Shown here in pieces: positions 1 through 10,233 of a DNA stretch of 64,000 nt. The notes beneath the pieces are model-generated. The model searched no databases. It saw nothing but the letters and a program-made list of their open reading frames with translations, and was not told where the DNA came from. Both the position numbers and the translations under genes were made by a program. Source of the DNA: Candidatus Nomurabacteria bacterium. GTDB lineage: Bacteria; Patescibacteriota; Minisyncoccia; Phycocordibacterales; UBA9973. Every line of letters begins with the position of its first letter. Position 1 is the first letter of the stretch. The stretch spans positions 12,292-76,291 of the forward strand of contig JBPOHQ010000007.1 of assembly GCA_052035405.1 (NCBI GenBank), written 5' to 3'.

Positions 1-2
1 AC

Positions 3-212
3 AAGTATGATCATTATGGGTTAACTGATTTTGCAGGAATGAACCTTGTTCCGTTTTTAATGTCAGTCCATTATGTTCCTGAATACCAAGAATTATTAAA
101 AGAGAAAATATCCCAAACAAATTATCCTGTGAAGATATTAACTGATGAGCAAGCAATCCTTGTGAAAGGAGACAGTTTTGAATTACTTGGAGGTGAAGAA
201 GTAAAGTTATAA
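3..212 (+). CDS. Peptidase E (S51)/class I glutamine amidotransferase-like protein, 3' part
   Basis: Own translation of frame 3: KYDHYGLTDFAGMNLVPFLMSVHY...LTDEQAILVKGD...EVKL*, resembling the S51 GLxLVxFxxxxHY segment; 5' end lies outside the window. Confidence 0.65.
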   Translation, partial: KYDHYGLTDFAGMNLVPFLMSVHYVPEYQELLKEKISQTNYPVKILTDEQAILVKGDSFELLGGEEVKL

Positions 213-229
213 AGGAATAAATCTAGCTA

Positions 230-276
230 TTTTCTTGCAATATAGCTACTCGAATATCATCCCAAGTTCGGAGCAA
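230..276 (+). repeat. 47-bp direct repeat, copy A (att-like; partner at 10997-11043)
   Basis: 39/47 identical to copy B, last 18 bp ATCCCAAGTTCGGAGCAA identical; minus strand reads LLRTWDDIRVAILQENS*. Confidence 0.85.
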
Positions 277-370
277 TTTTTTGAGCCATATTTTGTAATG
301 GTTATTTTTCATACCCTTGTAGGGATTAGAACTATTTTGTGACAGAACTTTTCTATGGTATATTTTTAGT

Positions 371-700
371 ATGCAAATTAATTTAAATGTACAGCCTAAA
401 TATTTTACAGATATTCGTGAAGGTTTGAAAATATTTGAGGGACGTCTCGCTAAAGAGAAATATAGATTACTTAATATAGGAGACACAATATTGTTTGATA
501 ATGGGGATGATACCATTGTAAAAAAGATAGACGGTATTCACATTTTTGACTCTTTTTCTAGTGGAGCAGATTTTCTAGGGGTTAAAAATATTATCCCAGG
601 GATAGAATCAGTTTCAGAGCTTGTGTCCATTTACCGTCAATTTTATTCAGAGGAAGATGAAAAAAAGTACGGTGTGGTGTTTTTAAAACTGATTGATTGA
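371..700 (+). CDS. ASCH domain protein
   Basis: NVQPKYFTDIREGLKIFEGRL...GDTILF...YSEEDEKKYGVV matches the ASCH GxKxxExR pattern. Confidence 0.9.
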   Translation: MQINLNVQPKYFTDIREGLKIFEGRLAKEKYRLLNIGDTILFDNGDDTIVKKIDGIHIFDSFSSGADFLGVKNIIPGIESVSELVSIYRQFYSEEDEKKYGVVFLKLID

Positions 701-782
701 CAAAACACTAAAAACATAGTACTTTACAGAAAGATGGCCCAATGGTGGGTCTTTTTTCTTTCACAATTTAAATCGCATTAAA

Positions 783-1278
783 ATGGAAAATGTACATTTT
801 CGTCCATATCGAAGCGATGATTATCAAATTATCGAACCTTGGTTTGAAGCCTTGGTCAGATTTTATGATGGTCACAATGGTCAAAACAAGTTAATTGACC
901 AATTGGTAGCTGGGCTTGGAGGATGGTGACAAAAATGGTTTCTTTACCACTCGTAAAGAGCTATGGGTTGCCGAACTAAAAGGACAGGTTGCAGGTTTTT
1001 ATTGCCTCAATTACAAAAGAGGCGGTTCTGTAAAACTTGGACCCATGATTACAAATCCTAGCCTTACAGGCAAAGGTATTGGTAAAGCAATGATGTCCCA
1101 CTTACTCGAACAAGTTTCAGGCGAGAGAAAACTTTATGCAACTACCAACGAAAACAATCATGCTATTAATAGCATTTTTGACAAATTTGGTTTACAGATC
1201 TTGAATCTATGGGAAGATACTGTATTGATGTTATGTGTTTCTCAGTCTACGGACTGTAATTTTCAAGTCTTTCGCTAG
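783..1278 (+). pseudogene. GNAT acetyltransferase, frameshifted near 910-916 and probably 3'-truncated near 1200
   Basis: ATG 783 gives MENVHFRPYRSDDY...LVAGLGGW*; the next frame continues EDGDKNGFF...GKGIGKAMM (acetyl-CoA motif A) and N...F.KFG. Confidence 0.7.
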
Positions 1279-1549
1279 AGGCATCTTACGAGAAAGTTGG
1301 CCACAATACTTCGTTAGGTTCTTTCAAGCGCCACCTGTCGAAGGGATTAATTTACTACTCTTTGGTGTGTAATAAACTAATTCCCTCGAACTTCGATTGC
1401 TGTCGAAATCGCATCAAGGGGCATCCACTTTAATAGCGTCCAAGGGTGGAGGGGATGCCGCGTTTCCGCAAATGCTCTCCACTGATCCTCAGGATTCCAC
1501 AAATAAACGAGAAATTAGCTGGAAGCTAACCTTTTCCATATCATATGGC
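1205..1549 (-). ncRNA. Candidate structured non-coding RNA, family unknown
   Basis: Series of hairpins, one of them a 21-bp stem (1338-1389) with G-U pairs on the minus strand; extended -10 TGATATAAT upstream at 1553-1561 (minus). Confidence 0.45.
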
Positions 1550-1552
1550 TAT

Positions 1553-1583
1553 ATTATATCAAAGTCCCAATTTCTGATTGCAA
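1553..1583 (-). promoter_or_regulatory. Putative sigma70 promoter (TTGCAA ... TGATATAAT)
   Basis: Extended -10 at 1553-1561 on the minus strand; TTGCAA at 1578-1583 with a long 19-bp spacer. Confidence 0.5.
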
Positions 1584-1675
1584 GTCTTGCACAAAGTTTA
1601 AATTTATCCAAATTCAACTAGATTTATCACCAATTTTCCTCTATAATTACCCAGTAAATTTAAACAAATTAGGAA

Positions 1676-2104
1676 ATGAGTATATTATCTGGTTTAAACA
1701 AAATAAAGAGCTACACATTCCTTTTGGGCTTGTTCAACTTGCTTTTCTTTTTCATCCCCGGAGCAAGTTATTTATTCCTTTTCCAAAACGAGCTATTTGT
1801 TAGCTTAGATTTTAACAAAATACTACTTCTTTCTCTGGCAATTAACTTTCCAGCCATACTACTGTTTACGTCAGCTCTTATATTTAATCGAAAGAAAAAA
1901 CCGAAACCAACTGAAAACCAATTCTTTAGCATTATTACTGTCTCTAATATATTGGCTGGTTTAATAATGTATATATCTATTATTTCTTCCTATTCTTTAA
2001 ACCTATCTCCTAGACATCAGTTTTACTTTTATTTCGTAATTCTTCTGACGATTTTTATCTATATCTACTGGGATCTAAGAAAGAACGGTGCATTGTTTGA
2101 ATAA
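1676..2104 (+). CDS. Hypothetical integral membrane protein (about 4 TM)
   Basis: 142-aa ORF with four hydrophobic stretches. Confidence 0.75.
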   Translation: MSILSGLNKIKSYTFLLGLFNLLFFFIPGASYLFLFQNELFVSLDFNKILLLSLAINFPAILLFTSALIFNRKKKPKPTENQFFSIITVSNILAGLIMYISIISSYSLNLSPRHQFYFYFVILLTIFIYIYWDLRKNGALFE

Positions 2105-2270
2105 AAAATAGTTTTTGTAGATTACCTATTGAGCAATTTTACTTAGGATTTAAGGGTATTTTTTATCCCAATCTATCATTTTCTGTGCTTTGTTGGCACT
2201 AAAACTTATCTAATGTATAATTTATTTAGCAGTTCTTCTATCGGCAATTATTATTAATAACATACATATT

Positions 2271-5200
2271 ATGAAATCACATTTCGTCTCGGGATATATA
2301 TTAAAAAAGTTTCTCTCAGTTTTTCTTATAGTTTCCTTCTTTATGGCGCCACTAGCGCCTATTTTTGCGCAAGAGGCAACCTTGGATAATTCTGCACCTG
2401 TTAGTACAGAGTCATCATCTCCAGTGGTACTAGATATCCTTCCAAGTGTAGATACTTTGACTGTTACATCAAATGAAACAACGATAGATGCATCGCCACA
2501 GATTGATACCACACCTGTAGATACGCCTACGGATGTAATAACTGACCCAAAAGACGAAAAACCTATTGAAGAAGTACCTGTAGATGAAGTTCCAGTTGAA
2601 GAAGAACCTGAGATGATGATGTCGATGATGGGTGGCACTGGAGGATTCCTTGGAGATACTCGTGATTTACCCAATATCGGATTTCCATCAGTAGATAAAG
2701 CTTCTGGTGGATTGTCATATAGCTATCCTTTAACATTGCCTCCTGGAAGAAATGGACTAGACCCAAAGCTTGCTCTTGAATACTCTAGTCAAGAAAATGA
2801 CCAAGGTAATTTGTTTGGTTATGGTTGGAATATCAATATCCCATATATAAAAAGAATCAATAAAACAGGTATAGAAAAGCTATATACTGACAATTACTTC
2901 TACTCCTCACTCTCTGGTGAACTTGTGTTAGTCTCTGGTACTACCTATGCACCAAAAGTAGAAGACGGAAGATTTTTAACTTATACATTTGATGGTACAT
3001 ATTGGACAGTAAAGTCAAAGGATGGATCGGTATATAAGTTTGGATACAATGCTGGTGCAAGACAAAATAATTCCGGAGACACAAAGACTTTTAAATGGAT
3101 GTTAGAGGAAGAGCGCGATACGAATAATAACTATATTAAGTATGAATACTATAAAAATGGAGGCCAAATATATCCTGATACCATAAGCTACACAGGCAAT
3201 GCATCGACCGACGGTATTTTTACTGTTGTGTTCTCTAGAGCTAGTAGAAACGATGCTGTAACTCAAGATTTTGGAGTTTTTGATGTAACGACAAGCTATA
3301 GAATCAGTGAAATACAGGCAAATATTAACGGCACCTGGGCTAGAAAATATACTCTAGGATATTCAAATGGTGACAATAGCCAGAGATCGTTGTTAACTAA
3401 CATTACTGAAGCAGGACAAGATGAAAGTTCAAATACCACCACCCTTTCACCAGTAGAATTTACCTATCAAGTTGCTACAACATCGAGTGCTGACTTCGTT
3501 ACAGATTCAGCTTGGTCCACAGCTGCTTCATCGACAATAAATACAAACCCATCTTATGGAACAATTGTTGCTGATTTAAACGATGATGGTTTGCCTGATG
3601 TTATGGAATCTTGGAGAGGGGCCAATGATGTATGGTATAAAGGAACATATTTAAATGATGGTGATGGTACTTGGACCCAGGATACAAACCTAACTCCACC
3701 AATTGAATTTGCTGGTAACAGTCCATTGAATGAGTTTGGAATTAGATCAGTTGATTTAAATGCAGATGGTTTGACTGACCTTGTACAAAGTTACAGTAAT
3801 GGTCCAGGTCAAAGCAACACAATACAAAGAGTATATATTAATACTGGAACTTCCTGGTCTCTTGATACGAGTTGGCAGCCATCTTGTTTTTTTCTTGGTT
3901 GGCCGCAAGGGGATAGTGGTTGTAGGTTAATAGATATAAACGGAGATGATTTACCAGATTTCGTCAATGCTGTTGGTGATAACAATGGTAATTCACCAAT
4001 CACAACCTCAGTTTATTTAAACACTGGTAGTGGTTGGAGTAGTAGTTCTGGTTGGAGTATTCCAGTTGATTTGCGTTTCGGTGTAATGCTTGTTGATTAC
4101 AATGGAGACGGGTTGGTTGATATTTTGAAAGGATACAAAAATCCAGACGCTAATCCAGCTATTTATATACAAGAGGCGTATAAAAATAATGGGGATAAAA
4201 CTTGGTCTTCTGACAGTGCGTATACACCACCTGTATACTTTGCAGTTCAAACAAATGGTTCTTCCTTGCCAGTTGGTACAGGAATACAACTAGCCGACAT
4301 TAACGGAGATGGAATGATAGATATTTTACGAGGCAGTGAGACTACTGATGGCGCATATTTAAATAAAGGGAATGGTTGGCACTTAACTACTAACTGGGAT
4401 TTTGGACATGGATCAGTGCCAGTTACTAGTGCTTCGCCTGTTAGGTTTGGAGATTTCGATGGTGATGGAATGATAGACAGATACGAAACAAGTGGTAGTG
4501 GTGGTGCAACAATGCAGAAAAATCAAAATGTTAAAGCTGACTTGATGTCTACAGTTAAGAATCAGTACGGCGGTGTAACAACAGTTACATACAAAGGTTC
4601 ACCTAAATACACTAGTGGCGGTTCAATCTTAAATCCTGATTTACCATTTATATTAATGACGGTATATCAGACTTCTACTGATTCTGGTTTTGGAAATTCA
4701 AATATCGTAAACACATACTCCTATGAAGGGGGTGATTATTATTACAACACCATTACAGACAGAAGGTTCTCTGGGTTTAATAAAATATCGGTAAGTGATG
4801 GTACGACTAAAACCACTACTTTTTATCATCAGGGTAATGCTACAGATTCATCAAACGGAGAATACAGTGACCACTCTTCAAAAATTGGTAAAGTGTACCG
4901 AGTAGAAACAAGTGATACTTCTGGGAATGTATATAAAAAGGTTGTGAACAAATGGGATAAATATAATCAAGGCACAGGCCGAGATTTTGTTAAACCAGTT
5001 CGTTCCACAGTATTAACCTATGACGGTGATAGTGATCACAAAGATATAGCAGAGGAATATACCTATGACAATACTTACGGAAATCTAACAGACAAAATAA
5101 TGTGGGGTGAGGTTACTGGTTCCAATGATGGTTCATTCACCGATACTGGATCTGATAAATACACTGAGAGTATTTCATATACCGCTAATACCACAGACTA

Positions 5201-8200
5201 CATTGTGGGCTTACCATATCAAGATACAGTTGTTGACCAAAGTTCAAATAAAGTTCGCGAGTCAAAGACATACTATGATACTCAATCATTAGGCACAGTC
5301 ACTGATGGGAATATAACAAAAGTAGAAAGATGGAAGACGGGCAGTACCTATGTAAACACTCAAAAGGCATATAACACTACCTACGGCATCCCAACTTCTT
5401 CTACTGACGAACGAGGTAAAACTACCACTTATAGCTATGATTTATACAACCTGTATCCAGCTACAGTCACAAATCCACTGTCTCAGGCAGTAAGTTATAC
5501 TTATGACTACTCACTGGGTAAACCAAAGCAATTCACTGACCAAAACAGCTTTGTATATCAGACTGTTTACGACGGACTAGATAGAGTAAAAGAAGAAAAG
5601 GTTCCAGACTTGTCTTCACCATATTCTCCAATAACTAAAACTGCATATACCTACACCGATACTTCTGGATCTATAGCTGTACAGAAAACAGCATACCTTG
5701 ATGGTTCAAACACAGCTCTTTCATATACATACTTTGATAAACTAAATCGACCAATCCAAACTCGAGTAGAAAATGAGAGTGATTATAACGTTAAAGATTT
5801 CTTGTACAATGCAGCTGGATTACTACAAAAGGAATCCTTACCATATTCTTCTTCAGGTACTGCTATTACCACGGCTAACAGCACTGCATCACTCTATCAT
5901 AATTTCACCTATGATCCATTACAGAGAATTTCTACACAAGTAAACAATGTCGGAACAACTTCATATGCCTATGACGACTGGAAGACATCTATAACTGATC
6001 CAAATACTAAGTTAAAACACTATTACAAAGACGCATACGACAATCTAATTCGTGTTGATGAAACAAATAGTGGAAGTACATATAGTACCTATTATGAATG
6101 GAATGGTAATAAACTATTGACTAAGATTACTGATGCATTAAGCAATATAAGAAGCTTTACTTATAATGGACTTGGTCGCAGACTAACAGCGGAAGACATT
6201 CATGCTTCTGCTGATGGTACCTATGGTACTTGGACATATACTTATGATGATGCTGGTAACCTAACTCAAAGTGTGAACCCGAATAGTCAAACTGTTAACT
6301 ACACTTATAATGATATTAATCAAGTATTAACAGAGAATTATACAGGCGATACCGGAACTGAAATTACATACACATATGGAGGGTGCACCAACGGTACAGG
6401 TAAACTTTGTAGTATAAACATGCTAAATGGTGCAGATACTGATTATACATACAATTCAAACGGTGGTATTGCATCAGAGGTTAAGACAATAAGCAGCACA
6501 GGATATACCACTTCATACACCTATGATAGACAAAGTAACATTCTAGAAATTACCAATCCAGACAGCTCTAAGGTTAAATACAATTTCAATACCGCTGGAA
6601 CGATGGAAACTATCCAAAGAAAAGAGAGCGGTGATGCCAGTTATACCAATGTGATTACTGACATGGACTATGGCCCACACGGAAAGAATACTTACAGAGA
6701 ATTTCTAAATGGCATAAATACAACCAATACCTTTGATGCCACCAAGTTATACAGACTAACTAGAATAAATACAATAAACCCAAATGATACTTCCTCTGGT
6801 TCACCGACAACCACCACATTCTACGCTAATTCTTCCGGTGACGGTCATATCGAGGCTTACAATTCAAACTGGGACACTGTGCACGACAATACAGCTGGTT
6901 CTTATATATCTCGTACCGCTACAACGAACGAGGTTCAAGTACGCAGACATTCAGGTAATTATTATATTTTTAGAGAATTCTTACCATTTGATACTTCTTC
7001 TTTGCCAGACAATGCTTCTATTAGTGCTACAGATCTAAGTATATATATTACTGATAAATCTAATGTAGATAACGATGGTGATGACTTTGTTACTGTGGTT
7101 CAAACATCTCAAGCAAGCACTAGTGAATTAGATTACGAAGATTTTGACCAAGCTGGTGCAGTAAATAATCCTACCGAAGGTGTTGCTACTTCCGATAGAA
7201 AAGATATTACTTCTATCAGTAATGGCTGGCTTGCATTCCCATTAAACAGCACAGGAAGGTCTTGGATTTCAACTACTGGTTACACAAAATTAGGTCTTAG
7301 GGAGGGTCATGATGTATTAGACAATACTATAACCAACTTTGACGACGATAATGATGTAAATAGTATCAAGTTTAGATCTGCTAATTATAGCGGTACATCC
7401 TCTGACCCTAAATTAGATGTGACCTATACTATTCCTGTTGCTACCGACTTTCAAGACATTAATTACACTTATGATGCTAACGGAAATATCACCCAAATAG
7501 TTGATAGCTCAGATACTAATGCTTCTAAAACCGTTGTCTACACTTACGATGATTTAAATCGAATGCTAACCGCTACCGCTACAGGCGTGGCGGGTGGTCA
7601 AAGTACTTACACTCATACCTATACATATAACGCAACAGGTAACATAACATCGAGTCCTTTTGGAACTTATGACTATAGCAGTAGTGGTTTTGCAAATCCA
7701 CATGCAGTAACATCAATTGTAAATGCTTTGAATAATAATCCGGTGATTACCTTAACTGGTTCTGACTTGATTTATCTGAATCTGGGCGATTCGTGGACTG
7801 AACCAGGCTACAGTGCCACAGATGCAGAAGACGGTAATTTAACTTCTAGTGTCACTGTGACTGGTTCGGTGGATACAAATACATTAGGAGTCTATAAACT
7901 TATATATAATGTCACAGACTCAAGCGGTCTACCTGCAGCAGGTGTGGCAAGAACTATATCTGTTAGACAGCCTTATAACCCAAAAGTAAAAACATTGGTT
8001 GTGGCTGGTGGTGGTGCAGGAGGAGCTGGAGATGGTTATAGCGGTGGCGGTGGAGGAGGTGCTGGTGGAGTAATTGAAGATAATGCTTTTGGAGTAACAG
8101 CTCAGAATTATAGTATTACTGTTGGTGATGGCGGTAGAGTGACCTATGCAGAGAGTGGAAGTAATTCAGTCTTCTCTACATTAACTGCTGTGGGTGGTGG

Positions 8201-10232
8201 AGTAGGCGCAAGAAGTTTCTTTAATGGTACTAGTGGAGGTTCTGGCGGGGGAGGGTCCGCTACAAACAATGGAGGTACTGGTACATCTGGACAAGGTAAT
8301 AGTGGTGGAAACGGTGCTACTGGAAGTTATAAAGCTGGTGGTGGAGGAGGGGGTGCTACTGCTACCGGATCAAATGCTGGAGCATCCGATAATGGTGCAA
8401 ATGGCGGAGCGGGCATATCTAGCTCAATTACAGGAATATCTACTACTTATGCTGGTGGTGGTGCAGGAGGAGCTAAGAACAGTAACTATAACGGCGGTAC
8501 TGGTGGAACTGGCGGAGGGGGAAATGGTAGCGGAGTAAATGGATGTACCGCCGGAGCAGCAAATAAGGGCGGAGGCGGAGGCGGTGCAAGGGGCGGATCT
8601 GACCCTTGTGATGGGGGTAAGGGTGTAGTAATTATTGCTTACAAATCCGATGGCACTGATGGAGTATCATCTTCATCAACTGGTGGAACCATTACAACAT
8701 CAGGAGGATATCAAATACATCAATTCAATAGCAATGGTACTTTTGGTTCTGTTCTAAGTAATTACAATTCTCCAAGTAATAATAATCCAGTCATTACTTT
8801 GACCGGGCAGAGCGTGCTTAATGTCGCCGTCAACAGTACTTGGACCGAACCAGGCTATAGTGCCAGTGATACAGAAGACGGGAACTTGACTTCAAATGTT
8901 GTGGTGACTGGTTCGGTGGATACAGCAACCCCAGGTGTATACAACCTAGTGTACAGTGTTGTTGATTCAGGCAATGCTTCTGCTATAACAAAAGTTAGAA
9001 CTGTGTTAGTAAGTAATTCAGTTAGCACTACTAATTACTCTTACGATAACAATGGCAATATGCTTACCCAAACCAACGGTCTATCAAATACTTGGAATTA
9101 CAAAAACCAACTTACTCAGGCAGTAAAAGGAGGAGTTACTAGTACATACACCTACGATTACACAGGACAGAGAGTAAAGCTTGGAAATGGTACTACTACT
9201 ACCGTATATCCAAGTATGTATTACAGTACTGATGGAACTACAAAAACAAAGAGTGTTTATATTGGTGGAACACAAGTTGCTACTATAGAAACTGTTGGCT
9301 CTACCACAACTCCATACTATATACACACAGATCACTTAAATTCTATAAATGTAGTATCTGATAACACTGGAGCTAAGGTTGAATTACTAGATTACTATCC
9401 TTATGGAAGCACACGCATATCTTCTGGTTCATACACAAATCAAAAGCAATACATTGGGCAATACTACGATACAAACACCTCGTTAAATTATCTAAATGCA
9501 AGGTATTATCACAATACAAATGGACAATTTATATCTCAAGATCTAATGTTTTGGACATTACCCCAAGAATTACTTTTTGATCCACAACTACAAAATTCTT
9601 ACAGCTATGCAAGTAACAACCCTATAATCAATAGCGACCCGAGTGGACTTATAAGTAAGTCAGACTTTTCTCCGGGCAACATTGCAAATAGGATTAACAA
9701 CATCCTTAACTCTTATTTTGGAAAGAGTCAAAATCAAAATAGTCAAATTGTTAGCCCAATACAGACAAAACAAAATACAAATGTAAGTCAATTAACTGAT
9801 AATAAAATGGGTTCAGTTGATTATGGACAATATAATGTAACATCAACTAATCTACGCAACCGCCTGGATAAATTTGCCAATGATACCAATCAGAATATAA
9901 TTGTAACTTCAGGAGATCGCTCTTCTGAAAGAAACAAATTAGTTGGTGGCGCAAATGCAAGTAGGCACTTGAATGGTGACGCTGCAGATATTAAGGTGAA
10001 TGGTGTTCAAAATGAACAATTGTCATATATGGCAAATGCATCTGGATTATTTAATACAACTATTTATTATCCTGTAGTAGATTTACCGAAAGCACTTGCT
10101 CCTCACGTTCATGTCGACTTAAACCCCGCAAACAATAACATTTTAAGGATATATGTTCCTTATATGAAAGGTGATTCTATCGTGAATGATTATAAGCCCC
10201 TAATTAACCCCTTAATAAGGGGTAAGCAATAA
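2271..10232 (+). CDS. Giant secreted RHS/YD-repeat polymorphic toxin-like protein (SpvB-like N-domain, FG-GAP repeats, YD repeats, Ig-like and Gly-rich inserts, RHS core, C-terminal M15 Zn peptidase)
   Basis: Signal peptide; YPLTLPPGRNGLDPKLALEYSSQ (SpvB/TcB-like); repeated DLNxDGLxD; YTYD repeats; YIHTDHLNS...DYYPYG...YLNARYY...NSYSYASNNPIINSDPSG; C-terminal SGDRS...SRHLNGDAAD...HVH. Confidence 0.93.
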   Translation: MKSHFVSGYILKKFLSVFLIVSFFMAPLAPIFAQEATLDNSAPVSTESSSPVVLDILPSVDTLTVTSNETTIDASPQIDTTPVDTPTDVITDPKDEKPIEEVPVDEVPVEEEPEMMMSMMGGTGGFLGDTRDLPNIGFPSVDKASGGLSYSYPLTLPPGRNGLDPKLALEYSSQENDQGNLFGYGWNINIPYIKRINKTGIEKLYTDNYFYSSLSGELVLVSGTTYAPKVEDGRFLTYTFDGTYWTVKSKDGSVYKFGYNAGARQNNSGDTKTFKWMLEEERDTNNNYIKYEYYKNGGQIYPDTISYTGNASTDGIFTVVFSRASRNDAVTQDFGVFDVTTSYRISEIQANINGTWARKYTLGYSNGDNSQRSLLTNITEAGQDESSNTTTLSPVEFTYQVATTSSADFVTDSAWSTAASSTINTNPSYGTIVADLNDDGLPDVMESWRGANDVWYKGTYLNDGDGTWTQDTNLTPPIEFAGNSPLNEFGIRSVDLNADGLTDLVQSYSNGPGQSNTIQRVYINTGTSWSLDTSWQPSCFFLGWPQGDSGCRLIDINGDDLPDFVNAVGDNNGNSPITTSVYLNTGSGWSSSSGWSIPVDLRFGVMLVDYNGDGLVDILKGYKNPDANPAIYIQEAYKNNGDKTWSSDSAYTPPVYFAVQTNGSSLPVGTGIQLADINGDGMIDILRGSETTDGAYLNKGNGWHLTTNWDFGHGSVPVTSASPVRFGDFDGDGMIDRYETSGSGGATMQKNQNVKADLMSTVKNQYGGVTTVTYKGSPKYTSGGSILNPDLPFILMTVYQTSTDSGFGNSNIVNTYSYEGGDYYYNTITDRRFSGFNKISVSDGTTKTTTFYHQGNATDSSNGEYSDHSSKIGKVYRVETSDTSGNVYKKVVNKWDKYNQGTGRDFVKPVRSTVLTYDGDSDHKDIAEEYTYDNTYGNLTDKIMWGEVTGSNDGSFTDTGSDKYTESISYTANTTDYIVGLPYQDTVVDQSSNKVRESKTYYDTQSLGTVTDGNITKVERWKTGSTYVNTQKAYNTTYGIPTSSTDERGKTTTYSYDLYNLYPATVTNPLSQAVSYTYDYSLGKPKQFTDQNSFVYQTVYDGLDRVKEEKVPDLSSPYSPITKTAYTYTDTSGSIAVQKTAYLDGSNTALSYTYFDKLNRPIQTRVENESDYNVKDFLYNAAGLLQKESLPYSSSGTAITTANSTASLYHNFTYDPLQRISTQVNNVGTTSYAYDDWKTSITDPNTKLKHYYKDAYDNLIRVDETNSGSTYSTYYEWNGNKLLTKITDALSNIRSFTYNGLGRRLTAEDIHASADGTYGTWTYTYDDAGNLTQSVNPNSQTVNYTYNDINQVLTENYTGDTGTEITYTYGGCTNGTGKLCSINMLNGADTDYTYNSNGGIASEVKTISSTGYTTSYTYDRQSNILEITNPDSSKVKYNFNTAGTMETIQRKESGDASYTNVITDMDYGPHGKNTYREFLNGINTTNTFDATKLYRLTRINTINPNDTSSGSPTTTTFYANSSGDGHIEAYNSNWDTVHDNTAGSYISRTATTNEVQVRRHSGNYYIFREFLPFDTSSLPDNASISATDLSIYITDKSNVDNDGDDFVTVVQTSQASTSELDYEDFDQAGAVNNPTEGVATSDRKDITSISNGWLAFPLNSTGRSWISTTGYTKLGLREGHDVLDNTITNFDDDNDVNSIKFRSANYSGTSSDPKLDVTYTIPVATDFQDINYTYDANGNITQIVDSSDTNASKTVVYTYDDLNRMLTATATGVAGGQSTYTHTYTYNATGNITSSPFGTYDYSSSGFANPHAVTSIVNALNNNPVITLTGSDLIYLNLGDSWTEPGYSATDAEDGNLTSSVTVTGSVDTNTLGVYKLIYNVTDSSGLPAAGVARTISVRQPYNPKVKTLVVAGGGAGGAGDGYSGGGGGGAGGVIEDNAFGVTAQNYSITVGDGGRVTYAESGSNSVFSTLTAVGGGVGARSFFNGTSGGSGGGGSATNNGGTGTSGQGNSGGNGATGSYKAGGGGGGATATGSNAGASDNGANGGAGISSSITGISTTYAGGGAGGAKNSNYNGGTGGTGGGGNGSGVNGCTAGAANKGGGGGGARGGSDPCDGGKGVVIIAYKSDGTDGVSSSSTGGTITTSGGYQIHQFNSNGTFGSVLSNYNSPSNNNPVITLTGQSVLNVAVNSTWTEPGYSASDTEDGNLTSNVVVTGSVDTATPGVYNLVYSVVDSGNASAITKVRTVLVSNSVSTTNYSYDNNGNMLTQTNGLSNTWNYKNQLTQAVKGGVTSTYTYDYTGQRVKLGNGTTTTVYPSMYYSTDGTTKTKSVYIGGTQVATIETVGSTTTPYYIHTDHLNSINVVSDNTGAKVELLDYYPYGSTRISSGSYTNQKQYIGQYYDTNTSLNYLNARYYHNTNGQFISQDLMFWTLPQELLFDPQLQNSYSYASNNPIINSDPSGLISKSDFSPGNIANRINNILNSYFGKSQNQNSQIVSPIQTKQNTNVSQLTDNKMGSVDYGQYNVTSTNLRNRLDKFANDTNQNIIVTSGDRSSERNKLVGGANASRHLNGDAADIKVNGVQNEQLSYMANASGLFNTTIYYPVVDLPKALAPHVHVDLNPANNNILRIYVPYMKGDSIVNDYKPLINPLIRGKQ

Positions 10233-10233
10233 T

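Noticed and set aside
230-276. tRNA gene at the 47-bp repeats
   Set aside because: Only a loose likeness to a tRNA 3' end; no cloverleaf can be built
223-516. 97-aa minus-strand ORF
   Set aside because: Mostly antisense to the ASCH gene; only its last ~17 codons matter, as part of the repeat
1397-1621. 74-aa plus-strand ORF
   Set aside because: TTG start, no recognisable motif, overlaps the hairpin region and the minus-strand promoter
7990-8640. GGN-rich repetitive stretch as tandem repeat or CRISPR
   Set aside because: Explained by Gly codons of the in-frame Gly-rich domain; no repeat-spacer periodicity
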